Assembly (NCBI GenBank): GCA_907165135.1
Contig: OU015566.1
Span: forward strand, 9,796,001-9,860,000
DNA from: Oikopleura dioica
Lineage: Eukaryota; Animalia; Chordata
DNA: 64,000 nucleotides
Direction of reading: 5' to 3'
Below the pieces are notes generated by a model. That model did not search any database and was not told where the DNA came from. It worked only from the letters and a program-made list of their open reading frames with translations. This document shows, one piece after another, positions 19,570 to 33,372 of this stretch. The position numbers and the translations under genes were made by a program. Each line of letters begins with the position of its first letter. Positions within the stretch are counted from its first letter, which is position 1.

Positions 19570-21097
19570 ATGGCAGAGGTTGAACAGGAATGTTACTTAG
19601 ATTCTAAAGGCCATTTCATTGTTGCTGAAATGATAAGACAGGGCAAAAGCTAGTAACAAGAATGAGCTAAGAAAATCCCTCGACCAATTTTGCTCCTTAA
19701 AAATCGACGACTCCAATACAGAAAATATTCCAGGTAGTCTTCCGGATCACTTTTGGTCGCGAGCTCAAATTTTTAGATGATCTTCAAGTTGTGATCGACA
19801 AAATTTCATCAAATGGCGACATGCCTTTCGAGCTCGAATGGTCTCAAGTTAGTCGCATTATTCGACAGAGAATACTGTATTGCGTCGCATTTATGAGCGA
19901 GAAAGTAAGTGATGATCTTTTTTCAGTTAATTATAAGATTTTCAAAGAGAAAGTACGAAGGTCCGCTCGAGGAGTACGAAAATACGCTGAAAATTATTCT
20001 CAAAAGAATAGAAATCTTCGTTATGGGTTCATTATCTAATCGAAAGCTAAAAAAGCCAGGAGTTCAATATTAAACCCGCAAAAGACGAGCCACCTTTCAC
20101 TATTCAGCGCGTCTGCGAACTTCTTGTAGCTCCAGACAAGCATTACAAAAACACCGACAAATACATGCGAGCTCTTCAGAAAAATCTCCTCGTTGTCTCT
20201 GGTAAAATAACGCTATTTCGGCAATACATAATTTTTAATCAGGCTGGCGTAAATTTGCAGAAGAAGAGGTCCCAGACACAGAGCCGGAAAAAGAAAGCTG
20301 CCAAGAAGAAGAGAGTCAAGCTGAGCCTGATTCTACCTCAGAGCCTTCTACTCCAGCGCCTCATCGAGCTGTTTCTATCACACATGATGTCTCTTATCCC
20401 GAAGAAACAGCTGCTGAAAATGCCTCCCCTGACTCGACAACCATCGAAGAAAAGCCCGAAGGTCCTTTTTTCGTGAGAATCTGTCATTTTAACGCCTTTC
20501 AGAGCGATCGTTCCTCGAGAGGCCGAAAAAGAAATTGGCAGACGACGAGGATGAAGGTAAACTCAAGCGCTCGTACTTCTGTATTCAATATTAATTTCAA
20601 GACGCATTCGATCAGTTGGTGAAATCAAACGCCTCGCCATCGCGGAAAGTGGCGCTTGGAACATCAAAAATTCAAATCAACGTTGGCGCCGATTTCGCAA
20701 AAGACGTCAAGGCCGAGGCAGAGGCGAGTCCTGAGCAGCCAGTTCCTGATTTAGAAAATGTGCCGCAAGAGGAGGCCACCGCTAAAGATATCAAAGAAGA
20801 AGGAGGAGAGCCAGAGGAAAAGTCAACAGAGACGATGGTTGTTGGAGAGGCAGGAGATGCTCCTGCTAATTCAGTAATGAAGGAAAGTAGCGAGGCGATT
20901 CCTATGGAAGACGTTAAAGGTGAGACCGCAATGTATTGATATTTTTGTATCTATACATATCTATAGAAGAAGAAGTCACTGAGGAAAAAGAACGCAAGAG
21001 AAAACGCCCCTCACTGTCGGAAGAAAAGCAAGAGGAAAAAGACTTGGACGAACTAGAGCAACCAGCAACCCCACAGAAAGTACAAAAAACGGAGTAA
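19570..21097 (+). CDS. PPP4R2: Protein phosphatase 4 regulatory subunit 2
   Basis: PFTIQRVCELLVAPDKHYKNTDKYMRALQKNLLVVS, followed by a long acidic tail. Confidence 0.85.
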
Positions 21098-21784
21098 AGC
21101 CAATCTCATTGAGTCTGAGCCCCTATCCTTGACTTGCTACTCTTCTTCTAGCCTAATTGAAAATTTTACGTTACCGATTTTAACGATTTATCAGCTGGAC
21201 CCCGGATAATTTTATTTTCACTCTCAAAACAGGTTTTCTTTATCACTCAAAAGATAGTAAATTGGCTATTTACTGTCACTGCCACTACAAACGACAAATA
21301 TATGGAAGAGCTTAACCACTTAAAGAATAGATTAAAATAAAAAATCCTCTCGAAGATAATTTAGTCAAAACTGTGCCAGGGACATGTACTTTCCTTCTTA
21401 AAGCTCGAGTTCAAGAGCTGCAAATTTATATTCTGAAATTACGCGTCAAAAAAGCAGAAATTACAAATAATGAGTTCAAGTTTCTTTTACTGCTCAACTC
21501 TCTGGACATATCTTATCCTCTTCTACAGCAGCTTTAGTCCAATCCGTTCATCGAGTCCTTTCGTAAAAAAAAATTACATCAACAGCCGTTTCCCTTATTT
21601 TCTTCCAGTATGTTTTTTATAAAGATCAAGACGATACGGTCTTGATATTTGATATCCTGCCATGTAGTTAATTTCTTGTAACTTTGAACTGAATTATGAT
21701 GGCACTAATGAGCTCCATTCTAAAGTACATTTTTTGCCTCTTTTCATAAATCGCTTTAATCTAATTCTATATAAAGTATTTCAG

Positions 21785-22934
21785 ATGACAGGGGCCTTAG
21801 CTTTCGAGTACACAAATAAAGATTTGTGTGTTGCAAAAATCGATCAGCTCTGGGAGGATCAGTGGAAAAGGGTTGAGTCTGACGGCCTTCTACGCTACGA
21901 GCAGCCAAGAGAAAATCCAAACTGCAATCTTGTTCAATCAAAAGAAGGCTTCGAATTCGCGTTTCAATATCTCCTCAATCGTGGTTCCAAAAGGTACAAA
22001 AAACTTTTACTTAATCTTTAAACTCATTTATTCATCAGACGCGCGCGCGTTCAATTTTCATCAGTAAATGAGCCGTTCTCAAACGAGCGATTTCACTTTG
22101 GCAAGATTAATTCTTCTGAAATCCTCTTCACGCTGAAACCAATTCATCGACCAGATTCATCAGCGACGGCGATCGCCAACGTGTCCCCAATTGAATGGGG
22201 TCACTTTCTGCTCGTCCCTAATTTGGAAAAGAATCTGATGCAGAAAATAACGAGAGGTACGCGCTTGAGATAATTGGTGATGTTGTCAAACAAATGTCTA
22301 AAAGAAAATAGAAGCGATGGTTTTGGCCTTTGAAACTTTTTTCCTCGTCGGCAAAAAACATTTTCGGGTTAGTAGCTGCTTTCATAGCTCTTTTTTTTAT
22401 AAGCCGTTTAGATGATGTACAATTCTCTCCTCGGCTGGGCTTCTGTCAATCACTTGCACTTTCATTGCTACGAGTTCGACGAACAACTCGTTCTAGACAA
22501 CCTAAAATTGGTCCTTCTTTGCGCTGATGTTTTCAAAACGAACCCTTCCTATCCCCTTCCTGCCTTTGTCCTCAAGTTTGACAAGTCGACTTACGAATAT
22601 GTGGCGATAAAAGTAACCCATATCACCGATCTTCTTCATTCCCGCAAAGTCGCCCATAATATGGTTATAACAGCGGGCAGATGCTACATTTTCCCGAGAA
22701 AGAATGCTGATACTTCTGTTGTATCCCAATGTGTGGATCCAGCATGCGTCGAACTCTCCGGACAGTTTCCCTGCAAGGTTAGGCTACACTTCTTTCTAAG
22801 CTTTAAAATTTTTCAAGGCAGAGGAAGAATGGAAGAATCTAACCCCAGGGAAGGCTGTGGAGATGATTCGTTCAGTTCGAATCGAAGCAGACGTCTTTTC
22901 ACGTGTCGAGCAAGATATTGTCGAACTCAGGTAA
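21785..22934 (+). CDS. GDPGP1: GDP-D-glucose phosphorylase 1-like, paralogue A
   Basis: EPF..ERFHFGKI, NVSPIEWGHFLLVP, YNSLLGWASVNHLHFH (HIT-like motif), PACVELSG. Confidence 0.85.
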
Positions 22935-22959
22935 TCTCCTGTCACGCGCAGATCAGCGG

Positions 22960-24137
22960 ATGAACATATTCTTCAGTCTCGCACAGAACGCGTTTATCTA
23001 CTCCGCCGTAGATTTCGTGACAGAGCGAGAGGAAGAACCGCTCGTCGATTTTGGCCTTGTGCGGCTGTCGCCTCTTGACGAACGGCTAATCCAGTCTTTT
23101 GATGCCGCCGATAAAGCAGGTGTTATGAGGTTGAGTAGCAATATAGACGTGTAAAAACCGACAATTAGATATTCTCAAGAGAAGGGCTGTAATCCAATGC
23201 GCGAGTTAAAAACGTCTAAAGGTCTCAGCATTGTGGCCGAATTTAACCATCACCGCGGGTTCAACAAACGCGCGCGCGTCGAAGTGCCCACCATCAATCA
23301 ACCCTTTGACCGGGAGAAATTCAACTTCAACAAAATCGCCCCGAATGAAATATTGTTTCGCTTTCGCTCCTCACTGAATGGGAGGGGAATTGGGGATCAT
23401 CTCGCCATTGTCAACATCTCGCCGATCAATTGGTGCCATTGTTTGTACGTGATAGAGCCTGAGAAGTGTCTCCCGCAGAGAATAACCATGGAAGCTGTCA
23501 GGGTTGGTTTTGACTTGATGAGAATGACGAGAGCGAAGGGATTCAGGTAGAAAAAACACTCCTTCTTTGCTTAACCTTTTCTAGAGTAATGTTCAACTCT
23601 CTCTGGGCCTGGGCCTCCGTCAACCACCTCCACCTCCACTCGATGCTAGTCGATAAGCCCTTCGGCATGGACACATGTCCGAGTTTATCCTGGGGATCAT
23701 CCGAAACATCGCGCGTCCGAAAACTCGCTGATTGCTCGCACTTACCCGGTTATGTGTTCAACTTTCCAGTAAGGAATTCAGATGATCAGGAAGAGATCCT
23801 CGAAGAGATTGTCAAAGAATTCGATCAAGCAATCGAATTCTTTCACGAGAACGAGATTCCTTACAACTGCACATGGGCGCGAGGAACAGATACAGGCGAG
23901 CAAGAGAAGAACGCAGATTATATAAGACTGTTTCTCTGGCCAAGAGCTAGTGCAGCCGGTTGGGAACCACATCCCGCTTTTGACAATGCTTGCGCAGAAC
24001 TGGAAGGCTTTCTACCGATCAAAGTCAAGGAAGAGTTCGATGCGCTAACTGGTGATAGTGCTGAAGCTTTGATTCACCGCGCAAAACTTGATGAAAAAAC
24101 GACTATTCTTGTCGAAGAATTTATGAAAAAATTATAG
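22960..24137 (+). CDS. GDPGP1: GDP-D-glucose phosphorylase 1-like, paralogue B
   Basis: QPFDREKFNFNKI, NISPINWCH, FNSLWAWASVNHLHLH, NACAELEG. Confidence 0.85.
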
Positions 24138-24371
24138 CCAATTAAGTGTTCAATTATCCAATTCTAGCATTTATTCTGACTTCTGTACTCAAACTGGTGC
24201 TATCAAATATGCCTCTGTATTTATTCTACTCATTATATCTTCAAAATTAGCTTATCAAGCGTAACGGATGGGTAAATATGTAATCTGAGTCCGTCTTTAC
24301 GGAACACTTCACATTTAAGCCCATCGAAATGTCGCTCTTCCTCTCCCCAGCTAGAGATTTTTTAGATTGTC

Positions 24372-25187
24372 ATGGAATCGGACCCATTACTAGCCTTGGC
24401 TGAGGATGCCCGAACCTTTGGAAACTGCCACAAACGCACGCCACGATCAGCACCATCTTCGGGCGAGGTGCTAGCCACGATGGCGCAGCATTTCAAAACT
24501 GCCCTCGAGCGAGCGCGCCAGCAAATTCACCTCTCGAATCAGCAGAACAGAGTATTGGTCAACGAGGCCAAGACCAAAGACAGAATCATCCATGCCGAGC
24601 AATTAACTAGTAATAGACTACTAGAGGTAATACCTTTTCTTGATTCTCCTGACTTATATGACGGCTTCAAGGACAAAAAGAGCCTTTTGCTGAGCCTGGC
24701 TGAATCACGCGAGCAAATCCTGGCGCTGGAAGCCAGAGTACAGTCCCTCGAAAGCGCCCTTGAAAAGAGCGAAACAAAGAGGACCAAGAACTCGAGTGAA
24801 TCCCATCACACCCCAACCAATGCCAAGCCAAAAACGAATCAACCAAGAGAATCAGAGAAAGGAGACGGCGCTCCTCCACTACCACCAAAGACGATCACCA
24901 AGAAAAAGTCGATGAAGGGATCGTCCGATCAGATTAATAGGTAACTGCTCGCGAGCTTTGGCAATCGATTTGAAGTTTTTATTTTGGTAAGAAAAAAATC
25001 CTTGATGATTTTATGCTTGGTGAAATTATCTTATATGCGGTGGAAGTGCTCTTAAAACTTTCAAAAAACTCACACTGATATTTTTAGACCAAGACAACAT
25101 TCAACATTGTCATCCTCCAATTCAAGAGCTGCTCCCGAGTTACCTGAAAAACGGCGAAGTGCAAATTCAATACGGCCAAAATCATAA
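24372..25187 (+). CDS. Uncharacterised coiled-coil protein with PPLPPK motif
   Basis: 190-codon first exon with heptad character, GT-AG intron, short last exon. Confidence 0.55.
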
Positions 25188-25559
25188 CCCCCATTTTAGC
25201 CATTTTTTTCTTTTCTCCCTTTTCCAATTCTACACAAAGTAATAAAAAAACCGCCGCTCATTCCTATATTTTATTTTTACACCCTTCAACTACCCTGAAG
25301 AGAGCCCTGCCCTAATACTATTTTCTCTGAATCCGAGCGCAAGCTTTTAAAAATTTCTATTTTTCCCTTTTCGACAGCTTTTTTCGTTCCGATCAAGTTG
25401 TTCCTTCGTATTTAAAATTTTAATGATTGATAATTTTGTTATTTTGGTGATTCGTCTTTTCTTCTTCTATTATTTACTGTACAGTTTTTACTGTTCCCTA
25501 CTTACAGATCATTTTTACCAAACAAAAAAATCTCTAAATGTAAATAAAATTTACTTTAG

Positions 25560-28500
25560 AAAGACACAAAAATACCAAAAAGACTTGAACCATGTCGATT
25601 CCGACTGCGGCATGGTTTGGTTTTGAGTTACAAAAGAGTAAATTTCTTTGCAGGTTGTTGCAGGCAGCAGTACAGACAATTTTGTAACTTTGAAAAGGCA
25701 TAAATTCCGAAAAGAAGATGGGGCTCGTTTTCGCGAGGATCTGCGCGCTCTTGGATACGACAACCCATCTTTTATGATAAAAAATGAGAAGCAAATCAAG
25801 CTTCTTATAGAAAGCTTATTGCAGGATAAAATTGAAAGCAAGAGACAAGTGACATTCATCCTCTCCAACTTCTTCTGGGAGCAGCATTCAGAGGAAAATA
25901 ACAAGGGCGGCTTTGGCTTCTTTTCGACGAAGGATGAATTCAAGGGATCGCCATTTGAAATGCTCATGGAATCGCTTCTCGCGTATATTTATTTGAGAGA
26001 TAAGACCGCTGAAATCACACTTGGAGGAATCTCGTCGAAGAAAAGTGAAAACGGAGACGCCGAATTCGCCGACTTCTTCAACTGGGAAACACCAAAAGAC
26101 ACCACGAAAAACCGTCGATCATCCATTCTCAAGGCTTCTTCGAACCAAACGACTCCAAGACGAGATGAAGACTCAGATTCGCCTGTTGGAGTAGTTTCAC
26201 CTGAGCAAGAACTTATTCCACCGAAGAAATCTACGTCTGGATTCAGCTTGGCTTCGAGCTTCTTCAAGTCAAAAAGCTCGCTTGGAACGCAAAATCAGCA
26301 ATATGATAAGCTTGAACTTTCAGTTTATCCGCCTGGCATTCCTGCTATTTTGTCGCAGAATCTTTTCACTGTCCATCAAAAGTATAAAAATCCCAGCGTG
26401 AGGAAACTTTTGCTGAAGAAGTTGAATTCTGTCTGCAGAGAGCATATCTACGACAAGGATTCAGACTGGATATTTATTGATATTCTCGTAACTAAGGATC
26501 GGTTCGTTGTTTTATAACATGTTTGGTAAATTTCAGCAAAAGAACTGATGAAAGGGACGCACTCATTATGCGAACATAAAGCTTCAAATCTTCCCGAGTA
26601 TGATGAAGTTGGAGCAGTTTTTGCAACTCGTTGATCCTGAATTTATGCCGAAAAAGCTCAACGCGACATTCGATGAGGCTTTGGCAAATTTGATCTTTTT
26701 CAACGATTCCGATACGATCGCCCTGTATCTATTCCAGGATGACTACCCGACAGAACAAGGAATGAGGCTGAGAAGTTCTTTTTTGAATTAACATTTATTT
26801 ACAACGGTGGTGAATTTTAAGGCTAGATCAAGTTGAAAGTCTGCTTTGAAACAGCAAAAGATCGTCGTCGGTTGACATTTCTTGTGAGAATCTGCAAGTT
26901 TCTCAGTTCTTCCAAATCATCAGCAAGTTGATTTCGCGCTTGTTTGAGCTGCCAGGCCTCGTTCTTGAGCGTTTCGAGCTCGTGTTTCTTCGATTTCTTC
27001 TCAATAGTACTGGAAAACTTTGGTACTTTGAAGGTGACTTCGTCGAACTCTAAATCCATCAACTCGACATTTCTGCGCCAGAGCTCGCTGTCGTCAATGA
27101 CACTCGTGTAAATAGAAGCCATGCTACGGCGACGATGCTTTCTGGTATCGCATTGATTCGCAGATTTCTTTGACGGAAGCTCCAGGGACTTGAACAAGCG
27201 TTTGAATAATTTTTTCTTCATAGAGAACTTCATTTTTCCAATTTCTTTCTTTTCGTTTGTTTGAATGTTTTGATACTTCTGGAAAATCTCGTCCCTTTTT
27301 ATGCATCCACGCGCCACCGAGCGGTGCACCTGCCGTAGGCGCGTGTGTGGCCATCCGTGTCCGATTTATCTCCCGCCGCGCGTGCCCAGATCCTCTTCCA
27401 TGATCTTTATCAGCAAGGGCATCTTGTAATTTCCTCAATAATAATCAGTGTTAGCCTTCATGTAGAAATAACAATCGTATCTCGGATACAGCAAAAACTT
27501 CATGGGCTGCAATGCTATCCGTTTGACAAGTCCAATGCAGTTAATCCTGATAATGTTATCAGAAGATGGAGGGAAACTGTTAATTACCTTCTTCACCAGG
27601 TAGATCCATTACAAATCTGAAGGGGTACCAAATTCCACATTCAGGACCGCATCAGCCCAACGGCCCACACGAACTTGGCCCTTGAAGTTGAAAAAGAAGC
27701 TCAGAAACAAAAATCGCTATCAAAGACAATCGAAGGCCAGGAGCAAACGATTGAGGAGCTCAATGCAAACATTGACAAACTCAGCGAGGAGAAAGAGCAG
27801 CTTGAAAAAACAATCACCGAGAAAGATGAGCAAATTGAAAAATACGCCGCCCAACTCAAGTTTTATGAGGATAAACTAGGGTTCACCAGACAAGATCGTA
27901 CAGTTAGAGGTCAATAATTGCTTGAGTTCTCGAATATTCTGGAAATCAAGGAAGAGAATAAATATTTGACCTCTCGAAAAGTCCCGGTCAGTCAAAAAGT
28001 TGCTGAGAAAATCGAACGAGAAAATCCCGTTTCTGATCCAAACAATCCAATAGGCAGGGGATAAGTGAAACTAATCTGTCTACTTATTCGCTTGATCTTT
28101 AGTCAGATCTAAAGTATCTCGACTTGAGATAAAACTGACAATTTAACTTCCCCGTAAAATCGAACACCCACTAGATGAAAAGCGGCTCTGGCTGCAAGCT
28201 CAGCATGCGGAAAATTTGGACGTCAAGTACCTCGAGCAGCGGATCATAGCATTTACGAACACCGAAATACGTTTACGGACTGAGCTCGATAATTACCAAA
28301 AGAGAGAAGTAGTATTCAAAAATGCGATCGAAGATCTCGAAGCAGATATGGGTCAGGGTCATTATCGCCTGAGATTCTGTTCGACCCAGATTACTGAACT
28401 TATCCATCTGTATCTCCCCAATCCGATCAGTTGATCATTCTGCCCTAGAATTATTCGAGGAAGTGTTTCTCTTCGAGAAATATTTTCCCTGACCCAGAAA

Positions 28501-30030
28501 AACAGCAAAAACGGCTGCAGAAAATCGATCACTCAAACTAGAGCTGCGAAAGATAATCCACAATAGAGCCGCCGAGCAGTTGGCTATCACGGATACAAAG
28601 AAAATTGACAAAAAGACGGCCAAGGCCATTGAGAAAGCCGAGGAAGTTCTCATCAGATTGACAGAAGAACGGCTAGAGACGACTTTGTCGTTTGAGACTG
28701 ACGAAGAGAAACAGAAGAGACTTGATAAAGAAAGGAAGGGGGCTCTAAAGATGTGAATCAATATCGTAAAAGACAGAAGGGACAAGAGGCTATATGCAAA
28801 GCTATGAAAACAGCACGTGCAGTGCGTAACCATAATCATTTCAATCGTATTTGCTCTATCATCGTGGCACAGTGAGAGCCTTGTCAGAGAACAAGAAGAA
28901 GAGTCAGAAGAGTACTTGAACAAACTATCTGTATTTGCCGCGGATAAATTCAAAACACTGACGAAAAAGTTTCATGATCAAGTCAAAACTCTTGAAAATG
29001 CACTTGAAGTTGCAGAGAACAGCCGAACGGAAGGGGTCAAGAAAGCGTCCTTTTTGCAGTTGAAAATTGAGCAGCTGGAAGCGCTGAGTAAAGAGAAGGA
29101 TTTGAGACTGGATGAAGCTCAGGAAGATTTGAATGAGTTAGAGGAAGTTAATATGAAAGATCGAAATAAGGCAGCGGTTGATCTTTATAAATTGAAAGTG
29201 AAATTGAAAGACTTTTTGCTGATGACTTAACCCGTGACAGTACAAAAACACTCTAGAAACGTATATTCGTGACATTTCAAAATCCGTTGTTGCCGGAAAA
29301 GCGAACTCGAGAGAACTTTTGGTTGAAATCATGGACCGTATGCGGCGAGATTATGAAAAGACGAAATTGGACGAGCTCAATCAGACGAAGATGATGAACA
29401 AAAAGCTTTCTCTCGCTATTGAAAAATTCAAAAATCTCGCCTACAAGGTGATTGCAGTCAATTTGCATGTAGAAAAGACGTTGCTTGATTTGAAATGGGA
29501 GAAGGAGACTGATTTGAGAGCTGATTTCCCGAGACTCGCCGATTTGGTAACGCTGCGAAAAGAGATAAAAGAAGATGAGATTTTGGAAAAATTGGATCAG
29601 TTTCAGGACTATTTGAATACATATCACGAGCGACTGTTAGCTGCAAAAAAAGAAACGGAGAAAATAAGAGAAGATAATGCTCGGAGTGAGGAGGAGATTT
29701 GTCGGTTGAAGTCCAATTATCTTCATTTAGTTGTAAGCTCCAAGTGTTTTTTTGATACAGCGACCAGGGATAATGATTTTCGGCGTTTTCTTATCATATG
29801 AAGCTATGAGTTTACTTCCTTGTGGATTTCCTTTGGTCCTTTGGCCGACTAAAGGATCTCCGAAGAAACCATTTGCGGTCTCGTAAGCCATTGTCCGCGA
29901 CATGAATAATGCTTCGAAGAGACAATTCTGCTGAAGTATTCAGGCGTTTTTAGCGCGGCCGTAAATCTATTTCAGCAATGAACTTTTTTCTGTAAATACC
30001 GCATCGCCATTACTGTCAACCAAAAACTAA
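25560..30030 (+). CDS. Large multi-exon protein with extended C-terminal coiled coil (start unresolved; may be more than one gene)
   Basis: Chain of open exons (25648-26517, 26600-26758, 27339-27599, 27675-, 28216-, 28817-, 29319-29704, 29976-30030) with E/K/L-rich heptads. Confidence 0.55.
26823..27233 (-). CDS. Intron-nested antisense gene, 136 aa, basic N-terminus and C-terminal coiled coil
   Basis: ATG at 27233 (MKFSMKKKLFKRLF...). Lies wholly inside host intron 26759-27338, with an AATAAA on the - strand just after the stop. Confidence 0.55.
   Translation of the reverse strand: MKFSMKKKLFKRLFKSLELPSKKSANQCDTRKHRRRSMASIYTSVIDDSELWRRNVELMDLEFDEVTFKVPKFSSTIEKKSKKHELETLKNEAWQLKQARNQLADDLEELRNLQILTRNVNRRRSFAVSKQTFNLI
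29727..29903 (-). CDS. Intron-nested antisense small ORF, 58 aa
   Basis: MSRTMAYETANGFFGDPLVGQRTKGNPQGSKLIASYDKKTPKIIIPGRCIKKTLGAYN* fills most of host intron 29705-29975. It is below the ORF-track cutoff. Confidence 0.4.
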   Translation of the reverse strand: MSRTMAYETANGFFGDPLVGQRTKGNPQGSKLIASYDKKTPKIIIPGRCIKKTLGAYN

Positions 30031-30880
30031 CACCAGCAGGGAAGAAAACTGTATTTCGAAACTGGCTTTTGACACTTGAGAAATTGAAACTTGAAAACAA
30101 CACAGGAAGAGTCCATTTATAACAATCATAAATTTCATGCTAACTGAAATTTTCACAGCTTGTTTAACATTTTTATTGTCGGAAAACAACGTCATGCGTG
30201 GTCATAGAAAAACTTTATTAATGTGTTTGATATTTAACAAGTTGTCATAGTAATTGAACTGCACGCTGAATCTTGTCGCTACCTACTCTTCCCAAGTTAC
30301 ACTACTCCAAAGCCAATTGACAATTGTCCAAAATTATAAACTCTTGGGCACTTAGATTCGGGTTCCAAAACAATTTTATTCAACGAGAGAGTAATATTTG
30401 CCAAATAAAAACTATTCTAAAACTGGCGGAAGCGCTTTTGACATTCTTGACTTTGATCATTTCTCGTTCAGACAAAAACAGAAAAAGAAGTTCTCCAACT
30501 CAAAACAGAAATGGTAGAGAAAGACACAACTATTCAAGCTACTGGTTCAAAAATATCGAAAACTGCTTCGGGTTAAATTAAGAATTGATTGATTTTGAAC
30601 CTGTATGACCAGAGCTCCGTGACTATATCGGCATTCAAATGCGCCGTCTGAGAGGCTACTTCAACTAAACTTTCAACTTTATCGCCACAGAAACCTCTTA
30701 TTCACTTTAAACTCGTTAGCACTCTCAGCCAAAAACACCACTAGTAGAGGATCACTAGAAGTTCTTTATTTTTATACTTGCCAGATTATTTTTCATAAAA
30801 AACCATGAAAACTCAATTGACCTTCATTTTTTAGAAAAATGTTCGACTGATTCAGTTAGAGAAAATTTCAATCAGAAAAA

Positions 30881-32628
30881 ATGGAGAAAGAGAAAGACTC
30901 ATTTTTTGGAACCGAGAGTCCTCGATCTGAAATCAGCGAAGACGCATATTCATCAGGTAAAAACGCCTTCTCTAGAATAATCGCCTGCTTTTTAACAACA
31001 ATTGAAAAGTGTTCCAGGTTCTCAAGCTAGTAAAAAAAGAAGTATGACTAAAATATTCCGAAAGGTGTTTAGAAAGTGCCGGATAACTTCTAGTAAAGAT
31101 AAATACTATCGCGCAGGTGATCAAGTCAAACAAGTCCATTTATTCGGTTCCTTTACCGTTTCTTTTATCGCCTCAATTTTGAATAACAACAGTTTGTTTC
31201 AAGACGATGCGAGTACGATTTCTGCCGCTTCAAGTCGCAGCAGGTCAAATTCCGAGAGCTCCGTGACCTCCGTCAGTTCAAAATCGAGCGCAGCCTCCGA
31301 TGCTTCTTCTGTTTCCAAGGCAAGCTCAAAGAGCAACAACTCGAACAAATCCAGCGCGAGCGAAGCAGGCGAAACAGCCAGTCTTGTCCAACACTCGGCA
31401 AGTGAGAAAGGCTCTACTGCCAGCTTGATCGACCACAGCTCCGTTGATCTTCCACCGTTGAGTAAGTTTTCTTTTGAAAAAATAGAGAAAGAATGTCCAA
31501 TTTTTGGAGAGCGGGAACAAAAGGAGAATCCGGGTGGAGTGTTGACTTTATATTATTAAGACTCGGCGAGAAGTGAAAAATCCAATTCTGAATCCGTGGC
31601 CACTTCCGTCAGTTCAGTCCGCGAAGTTGCCGCCGCTGGTGATTCCGGCGAAAACTCGGTGCTCAAGGAGAGATCAATGACTCCAGTTGAAGAGGTCGAA
31701 CCGGTCAAAGAAGTTACCATCACGTGAGTTCGGATCAAAAAGCTCGTTTGAAGTTTGTTTATTAGAAAACCTGTGCGACCAAAAAGTGCTCATCCTTCCC
31801 GCGCCCGGCGGACTTCGACCACTTCTTCAACGAAATCCGTAAACCTTCCGATGAAAACTGATAGATCGTTAGATACCGAGCAGCATCGACAACGGATGCT
31901 GCTCAGCACTGGCAAATCCTCGAAGGTGGTGATTCACCCTTCATTAATTCACTAACCCTTCTTGATTGCATCCCTTTATCATCTGTTCCCCCTAACTTGT
32001 ACCTTTAGGATGTGAGCCACTTACTGGAAGCAGTTCTTGTCATGGACCAAAAAGAATCTCAAATGCAAAACAAGCCAAGCAACTTTACTCAGCCGCGCAT
32101 GCCATCGGCGAAAACAAGGTCCAACTACAAGCAGAACGAGAGACAAAGAGAGATTCAAAAAGAAAATGCTCGTCTTTTAGCCGTAAGATCTATTCCTTGA
32201 TTCAAAACCTAATTCAGTTCAGGAATTGACGAAAAATCGACGACCTCAATCAGCAACTTCTCTTAGTGGAAGGTGAGCAAGATGCTTTTTTCGATTAGTA
32301 ATTACGGTGATAGATCCACCCGTTCCGCGCGTTCCATCAACTCTGCCTTTTCTACCGCCTCCAGTACGAGCAGATACAGTACCAACTTCACCCCGATCGC
32401 GCGAAACTACCACTCCAAAATCAACAGAGATCGCGAAGCAAAGCGAATCGACCAGGAGAACTTGGTAAGATCACAAGAACAGTCATCTGATTACTCCTGT
32501 TTCAGGCATTTCTGAGAAGATTGAACGCGGTAAAAGCGAGTCCGCACATACGAAGCTCTAGAAACGCTGTTACATCTGCCCCTGCGTTAAGATCGCGCCC
32601 GAAAAGCATGAGACCAACGGTAAATTAA
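30881..32628 (+). CDS. CFAP97: CFAP97/hemingway-family cilia/flagella-associated protein
   Basis: Ser-rich N-terminus, then RQREIQKENARLL and INRDREAKRIDQENL|AFLRRLNAVK, typical of the KIAA1430 domain. Last exon uncertain. Confidence 0.65.
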
Positions 32629-33372
32629 GATTACACTCATTTTTCCTGACAAATCACGAATTGGCGATCTTCTCTAGAATTCCTTTAATTATTGACCCCA
32701 ATTTTTTCAACCCACACAGTTAATCCGTGGAAAGTAACTAAAAACCTTATTTTAATCAAATAGCCTGAGAAAGAAATTCTAGTGATTTTAAAAATCGCGA
32801 AATCGCGCTTTGTTTTTCGCGTTCAAAGCGTAGGCGAGCGCGCCCACTCTCGAAAAATTAGTAACGCAGAGCCGGGAATTCTGTCTTTTCTTTCCGATTT
32901 CGTTCTTACAGTAATAATCAGAACAGTTATTAGAGAGTTGGTCAAAATTGTAGAGATTTGAGAAGAAACAGACGTGATTTTTCAGGAAAAATGATCTACG
33001 AAAAACTACCTCCCTAAAGCGTTTAACTCCATGGTAATTTTATTTAAAAAAATATAATAAGAAAAAGGAAAGTTCAACTCTGACTGTAACTGTTTCCGTA
33101 GGTAGTGAATACTTGGCAAGATGGCTGGTAAAGAATTAATCCCAATAAAAAAATAAAGATCGTCCAAGAATTTCATGTATTCCGTTTCTGCTCTTTTCCA
33201 CCAACTTTTTATTTTATTACGAGAACCAGAATTTCAAAAAGAAAAAATCTACTGCAAATATATTTTATTAAAAAAACACTGTTTTTGATAAATTTTCTAC
33301 AAAACTCAAGCAGCTTCAGATCAATCTATCTCTTTTCTATTTTTAGATTTTCGAATTTGAATAGTTTAAAAA

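Noticed and set aside
28435-28953. 172-aa minus-strand ORF
   Set aside because: Antisense shadow of E/K-rich coiled-coil exons; no independent features.
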